Shown here one piece after another: positions 36,958 through 44,935 of a DNA stretch of 64,000 bases; the stretch's first letter is position 1; every line of letters begins with the position of its first letter. The notes under the pieces were generated by a model that saw nothing but the letters and a program-made list of their open reading frames with translations, was not told the DNA's origin and made no database searches. This DNA comes from Patescibacteria group bacterium (lineage in GTDB: Bacteria; Patescibacteriota; Microgenomatia; 2-02-FULL-39-11). The stretch spans positions 73,273 through 137,272 of the forward strand of contig JAMCUI010000004.1 in assembly GCA_023379265.1 (NCBI GenBank). The letters are read 5' to 3'. Both the position numbers and the translations under genes were made by a program.

Positions 36958-37132
36958 TTGAATGATAACGGAATAATCACCTTCCCTTTCACTTTCATTT
37001 GGCGCGAGAGAACCAGCACCTAATTTCATTCGTGATACTAAATACGTAATACGTAATACAAATTTAGGTTCTGGTTTTCTCAAGCGTCAGATGAAAAAAC
37101 CAAAATCAAATATACGAAAGGAAGGTGCAATC
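36958..37132 (+). ncRNA. Structured 5' leader, family A copy 3
   Basis: GAATGATAACGGA arm; TTCATTTGGCGC-GAGAGAACCAG / CTGGTTTTCTC-AA-GCGTCAGATGAA; CACCTTCCCTTTC pairs with SD GAAAGGAAGGTG. Confidence 0.8.
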
Positions 37133-39313
37133 ATGACAAAGTTAGAATTGCTAAAGTACCTCCGAAGAACAAACAGGTCACGGAAGTTTTACGAATTACT
37201 CACTAAATACCAAAACAATCTGTTTTTCAGGTTGAGAGGATTTAGTAGTGATTCGTTTCGACTCTACCTGAAGTTTGTCGGAGAGGCAAATTTAGCAAGA
37301 ACCATCGGAGACGTCAACACGACTTCACTCCGCCGCGTCTATCGCGTCCTCAAGAAAAGGTACGGGGATGAGGATGAATTGGAAGAGGATGATGGTCTAA
37401 CCATCAATATGAGTAAAGTACTTACAGTCGCGATTCTGATCGTGATTGGACTCGTAGTTCTGATGGGTCTCCCGGCGATTGGGGAAATCTCTTCCCAACT
37501 CGGGATACAGCTGGAGAAGGTGGCTGCGTCGATACCAACAACTCAACCGCAACCGCCAACCCTGGCACCAACACCCATCCCTCCCACCAAAGCTCCCCCT
37601 CTTCCCCCGCCCCCGACAGCGACACCTCAACCGCCTCCTCCGACGGTTGTAGTGGAGATGACAGCAACAGAAGCAGCTCCAGCCACTGACTGCGGCAATG
37701 AACTTTCAGCACAGGAATGTCAGAGGCTGCATGGTATGGTGGCTGCATACGGGAAGAAATGGACAGATGGGGATCCTAGTACCGGCTTGCCGCTTGGGCC
37801 GATGATGGTGGACAGGTATCTGCACGTGTGGAACCGGGATTGGACAGCTACGCAACAGGGGTTTAACGACATCCTGGGTCCACAAGGTGGGAACAGTACA
37901 CAAGCCACCAGTTCGGCAAGTTCTCCGGCGAAAAAATCGACACCGTATCCTACCATCGGCTACATTCAACCGATGACAATCACGGTGCAGGACAATAGCG
38001 GTCCGGCAGAAAATCCGACTCCCACAGCAACTCCATCTCCGCAAGCACAAGGAGGATGCAAGTCTGACGACTGGGGTTGTCAGTTCGGGAACTGGCTGCA
38101 AAGCCAATTTACGCCGATGACGTCGACACCCCAGGCACAGACGCAAACTAGCGGAAGTTGGTGCGTGAAGAAAGTGGATTGGAACGCCATGCAGGCGTGG
38201 TACTCCCACGGTACGGGAGACTTCACCGCAAATCTGCGTGACGTGAACCAGGGAGTGCTTCTGGACCGGGGTTTCAGCTGGACTGGTTTATATTGGAAAC
38301 CGGTCAATCTGTGCGGTAACGCCCAGATTATCGGCAACCCGCCGGCAAACCAATCGCAGGGGCCGCAAGCGCAAACACAACCCACACAGAGAACTCCGCT
38401 ACCCGGGTGGATGGCAAGCGCAGGAAGCTGGGGCTGTTGGGCATCTCCTTGGGGTGTAAGTCTGGATGCACAGATAGTAGATGGGTATTGGACCAATGAC
38501 GGTTACGTACTCATTTACTCACCACAGCGGGGCAAGAACGAGGTGGAAAAGGATCCCAACAAGATCCGGCAAGGAAAATGTCCGCCTACGCCAACGCCCA
38601 TGCCCACCAGTACGCCGCTTCCCCAACCGACTGCTCCACCACAGCGGATCGGGATCTACTGCATTTCAAGTGCAAGCGCCACAGGAGCAAGCGTCATGCT
38701 GACGCCAAACTCAGGCACAGGCGTAAACGTGACGCAGCAATTCCCGGTATACGAGGGATTCCGCTGGAACGGCCGATACCAGGAACCGGATGGCAGCAAA
38801 CCGATGTGCAACAGCTTGCCACAGTTTGCGCCGCCGGCACCTACCCAGATGACGGCACCGTTGCCCTCACCAACAGCATCCGTCTGCGTCCAATCAGTAT
38901 CGGACACGACATTGTATCTTCTCTGGAACAGCAGCCACGTCACTAAAAGCGTGACTGATGCTTCCGCAGGGCTGAGCCCTTACGGATTCAGCTGGACAAA
39001 CGGCAGATGGGTGACAAACACAAACGTCAAATACTGTGCCGGACCTCCCGGACCAACTACTGCTCCAACAGTCAGCGGTCCGCCCGGACCTACTGCAGTA
39101 CCAGCGCCTGTAAGGACTGCGTGTTTCCTTAAAGTTGACGGACAGAACATCTATATGCGGACTTTCGTCAACGGGATTCAATCCCCGCATGGTGATGTAT
39201 CCGTCAACCGGTACACGCAATCAGCCCAGATGGACTCGTACGGTTTTCAATGGAATGTCCCATGGTGGGGCGATCCTGCGTACGACCAGGGCACAGTACC
39301 TTCATGTAACTAA
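37133..39313 (+). CDS. Large single-pass Pro/Thr-rich surface protein with four Cys..GFxW..Cys repeats (unit 4; start moved to SD-preceded ATG)
   Basis: TM VLTVAILIVIGLVVLMGL, PTATP linkers, GFSWTG/GFRWNG/GFSWTN/GFQWNV modules. Confidence 0.88.
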   Translation: MTKLELLKYLRRTNRSRKFYELLTKYQNNLFFRLRGFSSDSFRLYLKFVGEANLARTIGDVNTTSLRRVYRVLKKRYGDEDELEEDDGLTINMSKVLTVAILIVIGLVVLMGLPAIGEISSQLGIQLEKVAASIPTTQPQPPTLAPTPIPPTKAPPLPPPPTATPQPPPPTVVVEMTATEAAPATDCGNELSAQECQRLHGMVAAYGKKWTDGDPSTGLPLGPMMVDRYLHVWNRDWTATQQGFNDILGPQGGNSTQATSSASSPAKKSTPYPTIGYIQPMTITVQDNSGPAENPTPTATPSPQAQGGCKSDDWGCQFGNWLQSQFTPMTSTPQAQTQTSGSWCVKKVDWNAMQAWYSHGTGDFTANLRDVNQGVLLDRGFSWTGLYWKPVNLCGNAQIIGNPPANQSQGPQAQTQPTQRTPLPGWMASAGSWGCWASPWGVSLDAQIVDGYWTNDGYVLIYSPQRGKNEVEKDPNKIRQGKCPPTPTPMPTSTPLPQPTAPPQRIGIYCISSASATGASVMLTPNSGTGVNVTQQFPVYEGFRWNGRYQEPDGSKPMCNSLPQFAPPAPTQMTAPLPSPTASVCVQSVSDTTLYLLWNSSHVTKSVTDASAGLSPYGFSWTNGRWVTNTNVKYCAGPPGPTTAPTVSGPPGPTAVPAPVRTACFLKVDGQNIYMRTFVNGIQSPHGDVSVNRYTQSAQMDSYGFQWNVPWWGDPAYDQGTVPSCN

Positions 39314-39576
39314 TCAGAATGATGAAGCTCTGAACTCCGTTGTCATTCCCAGCCATAGTGGGAGCAGTTTTTATACTCTCCCGACAGGGGGGCTGGATGT
39401 TCTCATCCGTCAAACCCAAAATACCCCTAAATGCTCGTTTGGTCCCCAAAAGTATTTGAGGACTGGACCAGGCAGACAAAGAAATTTGTCTGCAAAAAAG
39501 ATTATGGAACTTATGAAGAAATTCTGTTTCACTATTTAGCCCCTTATTGCGGGGTTGTTTCTGGTGGAATAGAAAT

Positions 39577-39588
39577 TGCACCTTAAAA
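39577..39588 (+). promoter_or_regulatory. boxA-like site, unit 5
   Basis: TGCACCTTAAAA; TAGCCCC/GGGGTTG hairpin upstream, homologous to unit 4. Confidence 0.7.
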
Positions 39589-39799
39589 AGTTCATCCATT
39601 CAAGAAAAAAGGACAGGTTGATTATAAAAAGTCAGCTGCCGCATGGAGGGTATAAAGTTTTGTATCTTCCAAACGGCAGCTGAATGAACAAATCGTATCG
39701 TAAACCAACAAATTCAACTCATAAAGGAGGTAAACGCGACAAGTTCAAAATCAGGAAATCCGTAATCAACCATGTTCAATCTCAAAACTGGAGGACAGT

Positions 39800-40708
39800 A
39801 TGTCGAAACGAAACGTTCGCAAACTGACGATCGTCGACGCAATTCTCTTGCTGACGGTTGTCCTTGTTCTTGCGGCCTGTGGGTCTCCGCCGCCCCCCAC
39901 TGCCACGCCGCAAAACCCCATCCTGAAGATTGTCACTGAAGCCATCAAAATTGACAATACCTCTTCAGATGTGGTGCTGGCTGATCTGTATCAGGCGCCG
40001 CTCAAAGACGTCCTGGACCTGTCAAACGTGCTTCCGCAATACAGCACGCAGTTTGACGCGCAGGCAAAGCAAACGCCACAGTCGCAGCAACAGGACCAGG
40101 CAATCCAGGCGGCAAAAGATCAGCAAAAGCAAACGCTTGACTATCTGAACAGTTGCTACATCGGCATGGTCAAGTTTCGGCGGTATCGAGCCGATGGCAA
40201 AACGGCTTTGACCGACGGGCACAGCATCCCGGCGTCCGGAAAGTACAAGGTCTTTTGTCCGACGGAACAAGATCGGCAGGCAGGAATGGCTCCCAACCAG
40301 CTTGCGCTCATCATGAGTGTCTGGTGGAATAAGTCCATGTCGGCGTGGTACTACTCGCCGCATGGCATCAGACCTGCGTACTTCGGCGTGCAGTTGGGAA
40401 CGGTTGAAACCGACCCCACCTTCAATCCCAACCAAGCGCCTCCGGCAAACCTCGGTACCCAATGGTGGGTGGGCACCGACTGTAACTTTCTCGATCTGGG
40501 CAGCAATCAAAGGATGCCGTGCAGCACCGACTGGGTACAACAGGGGATGAGCGTGGCATACGCCGCCAATCCGACACCGGGTGTCGTGGGCGTGCAAGCC
40601 CATATCCTGGTGCTCGCAAACGGCAAGAGCGGCATCCGCTACGTCTCGGCAGCAAGCATGGGCGACAACAGCCCAATGCCGCCGATTACGGGTAACGTCG
40701 AAAAGTAG
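39800..40708 (+). CDS. Putative lipoprotein (unit 5)
   Basis: Basic N-terminus, hydrophobic stretch, lipobox LAA-C followed by GSPPPPTATP; GGAGG SD. Confidence 0.85.
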   Translation: MSKRNVRKLTIVDAILLLTVVLVLAACGSPPPPTATPQNPILKIVTEAIKIDNTSSDVVLADLYQAPLKDVLDLSNVLPQYSTQFDAQAKQTPQSQQQDQAIQAAKDQQKQTLDYLNSCYIGMVKFRRYRADGKTALTDGHSIPASGKYKVFCPTEQDRQAGMAPNQLALIMSVWWNKSMSAWYYSPHGIRPAYFGVQLGTVETDPTFNPNQAPPANLGTQWWVGTDCNFLDLGSNQRMPCSTDWVQQGMSVAYAANPTPGVVGVQAHILVLANGKSGIRYVSAASMGDNSPMPPITGNVEK

Positions 40709-40737
40709 AGATTTCTGACAAACAAGGAGGAAAAACC

Positions 40738-41181
40738 ATGCCAGACAAAAACAGCAAGCGCAAAAACAAAAAGCGCTTACAACCACCGCAGGAAGTTGAT
40801 TGGACTAAGGTCGCGCTGGACGGCGTCGGCATCGTGATCATCGCGGTCTTCATGATACTAGGAATGCAGGATTTGGCTGCGATGCTCATCTGGGGATTTG
40901 CCGGATACTTGCTTGCGCGAAGCGACAGACGCAACAAACTGGTATCGGGAATCGTGGGATTTGCCGTCGCGTGTGTGATCTTTGCGATTGATCCCATCAT
41001 CCCCCTCCAGACCTGGACGGTACGATTTATAGAGTTCGCCCAGTGCGTCGCGCTACCGCTTCTGATCGCCGCCTTCATCTGGCTCACTCTGTCAGTCTGG
41101 AAAGTCGTGGCGCAAAAGGTCAAAACCCTCATCAATCAACTCAACGAAGCGACGCGAGAGAAGACACCGCCCCAGGCGTAA
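40738..41181 (+). CDS. Small multi-pass membrane protein (unit 5)
   Basis: AAGGAGG SD; about 4 hydrophobic segments. Confidence 0.85.
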   Translation: MPDKNSKRKNKKRLQPPQEVDWTKVALDGVGIVIIAVFMILGMQDLAAMLIWGFAGYLLARSDRRNKLVSGIVGFAVACVIFAIDPIIPLQTWTVRFIEFAQCVALPLLIAAFIWLTLSVWKVVAQKVKTLINQLNEATREKTPPQA

Positions 41182-41319
41182 AATCTCGAATGGAATGAAC
41201 TATCGGGGACACTGCCACGTTTGGCAGGACTGTGACGCTTCATGCGTCCTCTCTTTGCCAAACGTGTCCCCCCGATTTTCCAGCTTTGAAAGAAATTTCA
41301 GAGCTGAGAATACGGTCTT

Positions 41320-41331
41320 TGCACCTTAAAA
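41320..41331 (+). promoter_or_regulatory. boxA-like site, unit 6
   Basis: TGCACCTTAAAA; CAGCTTTGAAA/TTTCAGAGCTG hairpin 41281-41306 upstream. Confidence 0.7.
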
Positions 41332-41535
41332 TATGAAAGAAATCAAAATTACGCAGCGGGAATACCCGAGGGTGCGGCGTGGAAGATTAATATTGTCGAC
41401 AAAAACAATATCCGTTTTCCGCGTCGCGCCGTCGGGGAAAATCAAAAGTATGTCATCAGGAGGTGAAACAGAAAAACGAACACTCTATCGATTCAACCAA
41501 GTACATGAGATCAATCGAAAGGAGAATCTACGAAA

Positions 41536-42435
41536 ATGAGTAGACGAAGCAGAAAAAGCGGCGGTAGCATCTTCACTATCCGCAATGCCATTGCCGTCGC
41601 AATCGTGCTGGTCGTCGTGTTCATGCTCTTTGGGGCGGGTCAAGCCTTCACGATGGCTCTCCTCCACAACGCGACGAACCAGTCAGTCGGTGCCAGCACC
41701 ACCAAGGGCGAAATTGGACCTGCTCCTACGCAGACACCACTGAATCCGGTCACGCAAGCACAAAGGTCAATCGGCGAACTGCCGGGTCAGGTGATCCAGA
41801 AGGTCACTGCCAGACCTACGGCGACACCTATGGTCAAAGCCGATCCGTACGCGTACTTCCAATCTGTCGCGGACGACGACTTTACCATTTTGACTGTGGC
41901 GGCGAAAATGGAGCCGTGCGATCCCAATCACCCTGAGAACGGTGGTTTTACAGTCATCGCCACGCGCAACCAAGGCGGTTTAGACGGTGCGTTAAACGGC
42001 AGAACCTACACGCTGAAAGTCTGGGGCGTCGTACGCGCCGGTGTGGACATGAAGGGATTTAATTTATCAAACATCGAGCTGGTTGGCGACCACCTCGTCA
42101 TTCATGTCCCCAAAGGACACTTGGAGCAGCCGACATACTATCAGGATTGCACCTACGAAAAGACGAACAACGGCGCGTTCGTCATGCTGGGAAAGATCTG
42201 GTGGAACCTCACCGACTTGCCCGACATGAACGAAGTAAGTTTGCGGCGCGAGGCAATGAAGAAAGCCGACAACGCCATCGAGAGTGCGGGCTACAACATG
42301 GGACTCGACACGCTTGCCCAGCAGAAGGTGTTTGACCGCATCGTGGACGTTGTCAAAGCAGTGGACGGGGCGGCGCATCGAGAGACCCTCCCGATCATCC
42401 CAGACTACCAGACGAACCAACCCCCGCAGTACTGA
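41536..42435 (+). CDS. Membrane-anchored DUF4230-like protein (unit 6)
   Basis: N-terminal TM, PTATP linker, GVVRAGVDM...LVIHVPK pattern resembling DUF4230. Confidence 0.7.
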   Translation: MSRRSRKSGGSIFTIRNAIAVAIVLVVVFMLFGAGQAFTMALLHNATNQSVGASTTKGEIGPAPTQTPLNPVTQAQRSIGELPGQVIQKVTARPTATPMVKADPYAYFQSVADDDFTILTVAAKMEPCDPNHPENGGFTVIATRNQGGLDGALNGRTYTLKVWGVVRAGVDMKGFNLSNIELVGDHLVIHVPKGHLEQPTYYQDCTYEKTNNGAFVMLGKIWWNLTDLPDMNEVSLRREAMKKADNAIESAGYNMGLDTLAQQKVFDRIVDVVKAVDGAAHRETLPIIPDYQTNQPPQY

Positions 42436-42480
42436 CGCGAAACGATCTATGCCAACGAGTTTGTCTCCCCCGACGGCGCG

Positions 42481-42786
42481 ATGGGCATGGAAAGGAAGGT
42501 GATCTTGAAAAAAAGTTTGACAGTGAAGGGACTGTTTGCCGCCATCATACTCCTCCTCTGCGTCGCGTACTTCTTTAGCCCGATCAATTGGGCTGATGAC
42601 GTCATCCCGGTCCTGGGATTTGCGGATGACTTCGTCGACATCGCGATCGCGGTGCTGGATGTGATGTGGTTTTTCGCGCAGGCGAGAAAACTGAGAGAAT
42701 CGGGCGCAAACCCGGTTGCTGCTCTAGAGAGTTCTGCGCGAATTCCGAAGAAAAAACGGAGAAAAAAGACAGTCCATCGCGCGTGA
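42481..42786 (+). CDS. DUF1232/YkvA-like membrane protein (unit 6; start uncertain)
   Basis: AYFFSPINWADDVIPVLGFADD resembles the DUF1232 Y..SPID.IPD.IP.LG..DD motif. Confidence 0.75.
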   Translation: MGMERKVILKKSLTVKGLFAAIILLLCVAYFFSPINWADDVIPVLGFADDFVDIAIAVLDVMWFFAQARKLRESGANPVAALESSARIPKKKRRKKTVHRA

Positions 42787-43110
42787 ACGAAATCTTGAAC
42801 CGAACATCTCGGTTCAAGATGCAATGATTTCTTTCATAAAATCAATAAAACCATGAGCGGATCCTGCGTTAGACAACAGGACCATGGTCTGGGTGGAGAC
42901 GAAGAAGAGATGAAATTTGGCACGCGCGCCAACTCCGAAGCTTTACCGCTTCCTCATCTCCTTTTCCCCCTCCGTTTTACCCAGTTTCCACTCCCTTGGA
43001 TATAATAAATCTATATTACATCCAAAGGAGTGGATTTTTAGAATAGTTCCATTACCCCGGAAGTAAACAAAAATTTAACTCCGGAGGAATGGAACGGTAA
43101 GTTTTTCCAT

Positions 43111-43122
43111 TGCACATTGAAA
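43111..43122 (+). promoter_or_regulatory. boxA-like site, unit 7
   Basis: TGCACATTGAAA(AC), resembling rRNA-spacer boxA variants; hairpin 43088-43111 upstream. Confidence 0.65.
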
Positions 43123-43244
43123 ACTTATGGGGAAAAAATGCAGTGGGGTTATAAGGTTTTAACCAGTTTGGTTACAGCCTTTCATCCCCATTGCATTCAT
43201 CGTGAAATAAAAACCAAAATCATTCGTGTCAAAAAGGAGGAACC

Positions 43245-44252
43245 ATGAACACGAACATGAACGTAGACTGGCGGGAAATCCTGGAACAAACTCTCGAATT
43301 CCTGGATGGAATCGCCGAATGGATGGAAGAACGGTTGGGCTGGAAAGGGCTTGCAGTAAGCGCAATCGTAGCGCTCATCTGGCTGGTCCTCCTGACCCTT
43401 GTAGTCAAGATCTTCGCGCCGGGCTGGTCGGGCGCGATCATCTGGCTTACCCTGCTGGTCGGACTCCCGGCAAGCGTCTTCACCGGCATGGGCTGGAAAG
43501 CAGGCACGGTCTTGCCGGCGCTGGTGAGCATCGCGCACTTTTTGCGCACTCACTGGAAGGCGATTCTGGTCATCGGCTGGCCCGTCATCGCCTTCATCGT
43601 CTGGTGGTTTATTGCTGTGTTTATCAATGACACTGCAGATGCGCTTATTTACTGCGCGGTAGAAGGAGTGTTAATTTTCCTCCTTTGGAACCACCGACAT
43701 CCGCTGAACGTCACGAAAAAAAGTGAAAGACGCGACGTGTACAAACTGCCTGCAAGCTGGCTGCCCGGAGTGAAAGAACTGATCCTTTCGCTCATCGTCA
43801 TGTGCGTCTGGCTGGCAATCGTCATGGGTCTTGGAATCGCTCTTGGAACTAGCGTAGGATCCTGGATCCCGATTGCCATCGCGGTAGTCGCTTATCTAGT
43901 CAGCGGCTATTTCCTGCAAAAATACGTCAGGAAGGAGTTACCAGACGTCAACCTGTTCTGGACCCGGGTCATCGTGGATTTCGGTGAAAAGATGCTTATC
44001 ATCAACACAGAATTCCTTGGAATGGGTGAAAGACGGACGGTTCGTTTCAAGGACTTCAGCGAGGTGAAACATCAAGCAAAGGGCATCGGTGGCTTCTTCG
44101 TCAATAGCATCCACTTCTCACTAGAAATCATCGGTGGAGGTCCGCTCGTACTTCCCGGTCTGCGTTACAAAGGCGCAAAGTACGTGACGGCAAATGGTCA
44201 GTCGTACACAGGCGAGGATGCCTTGATTGCGTTGATGGACGAAACAAAATAA
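43245..44252 (+). CDS. Polytopic membrane protein with soluble C-terminal beta-rich domain (unit 7)
   Basis: AAAGGAGG SD; about 6-7 hydrophobic segments. Confidence 0.85.
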   Translation: MNTNMNVDWREILEQTLEFLDGIAEWMEERLGWKGLAVSAIVALIWLVLLTLVVKIFAPGWSGAIIWLTLLVGLPASVFTGMGWKAGTVLPALVSIAHFLRTHWKAILVIGWPVIAFIVWWFIAVFINDTADALIYCAVEGVLIFLLWNHRHPLNVTKKSERRDVYKLPASWLPGVKELILSLIVMCVWLAIVMGLGIALGTSVGSWIPIAIAVVAYLVSGYFLQKYVRKELPDVNLFWTRVIVDFGEKMLIINTEFLGMGERRTVRFKDFSEVKHQAKGIGGFFVNSIHFSLEIIGGGPLVLPGLRYKGAKYVTANGQSYTGEDALIALMDETK

Positions 44253-44401
44253 TTTCACCGCACAGGTTTTCGGGGGAGCACCCCAAGTCTCTTGAGGTGC
44301 TCCACCTCACACACTCTCCCCAAAAATCAACCTGCGTCCATCATCCTGGACAGGAATTATCCTGTCCGTGATTTGTGTACGCAGGATGATATTTAAGTTT
44401 C

Positions 44402-44459
44402 AAACCCGTTTGAGGAAATCCGGATTTTTGCATCCGGAATTTCATAGGACGGGTTTTTT
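44402..44459 (+). terminator. Intrinsic terminator closing the island
   Basis: AAACCCGTT..TCCGGAT/ATCCGGA..GACGGGTTT followed by a T run. Confidence 0.7.
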
Positions 44460-44545
44460 AGTTGGAAAAAAATTTGGGGTTCCATGCTTGGAAAAGGTGA
44501 AGAAAAATGGTTAAATCCTTAGAGCGGGATGTGATTGGTATATAT

Positions 44546-44809
44546 TTACTGAAGCGGTGAGAGATTGAGATGTTTTTCGATACGCTCTACTCGTTGACGA
44601 AAATCCAAATATTCTTTATCAAAGAAATCTGTAATCGTACCTGTATCTTTTCTTATTTTGGCAATATCCAGTTTAATAGGTTTCAGATCATCTTTGGTAA
44701 CAAAACTTCTCAAATCATCCCTTCTCACAAAAGATTTCGCATCATCTTTGGTTAGAGCAACTTCCTTGATTGACTGCTTAATTTTTTGCAGATCTGTTTT
44801 TGTGAGCAT
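44546..44809 (-). CDS. Small coiled-coil hypothetical protein, paralogue of 32106-32351
   Basis: Shared C-terminal motif and the same TTGACA-17-TAATAT..GTCGTTAT-ATG promoter layout. Confidence 0.8.
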   Translation of the reverse strand: MLTKTDLQKIKQSIKEVALTKDDAKSFVRRDDLRSFVTKDDLKPIKLDIAKIRKDTGTITDFFDKEYLDFRQRVERIEKHLNLSPLQ

Positions 44810-44935
44810 ATAACGACAATATTATGATAAGAAAAAATTGCTGTCAATAACAACAGGACTATCTTAGATTTTTTGGGAGAACAAATAAAATTCTTAAATT
44901 GATAAATTATTCCAAAAGGAGCATAATAAGTCACC

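Noticed and set aside
33087-43879. Numerous antisense and alternative-frame ORFs in the island (e.g. 40022-40786, 35304-35852)
   Set aside because: They are shadows of GC-richer sense genes, with no SD and no protein-like features.
32874-44459. Island as a classical integron cassette array
   Set aside because: No integrase in the window and no consistent RYYYAAC..GTTRRRY attC ends. The complementary arms enclose the genes rather than lying between them, and GU pairs in the transcribed strand favour RNA-level pairing.
32874-44459. Island as prophage, retron or DGR
   Set aside because: No capsid, terminase, integrase or reverse transcriptase motifs, and no TR/VR pair with adenine-specific differences seen.
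32550-44459. rRNA or tRNA genes suggested by the boxA motifs
   Set aside because: No conserved rRNA sequence or tRNA cloverleaf recognised; the enclosed regions are long SD-led ORFs.
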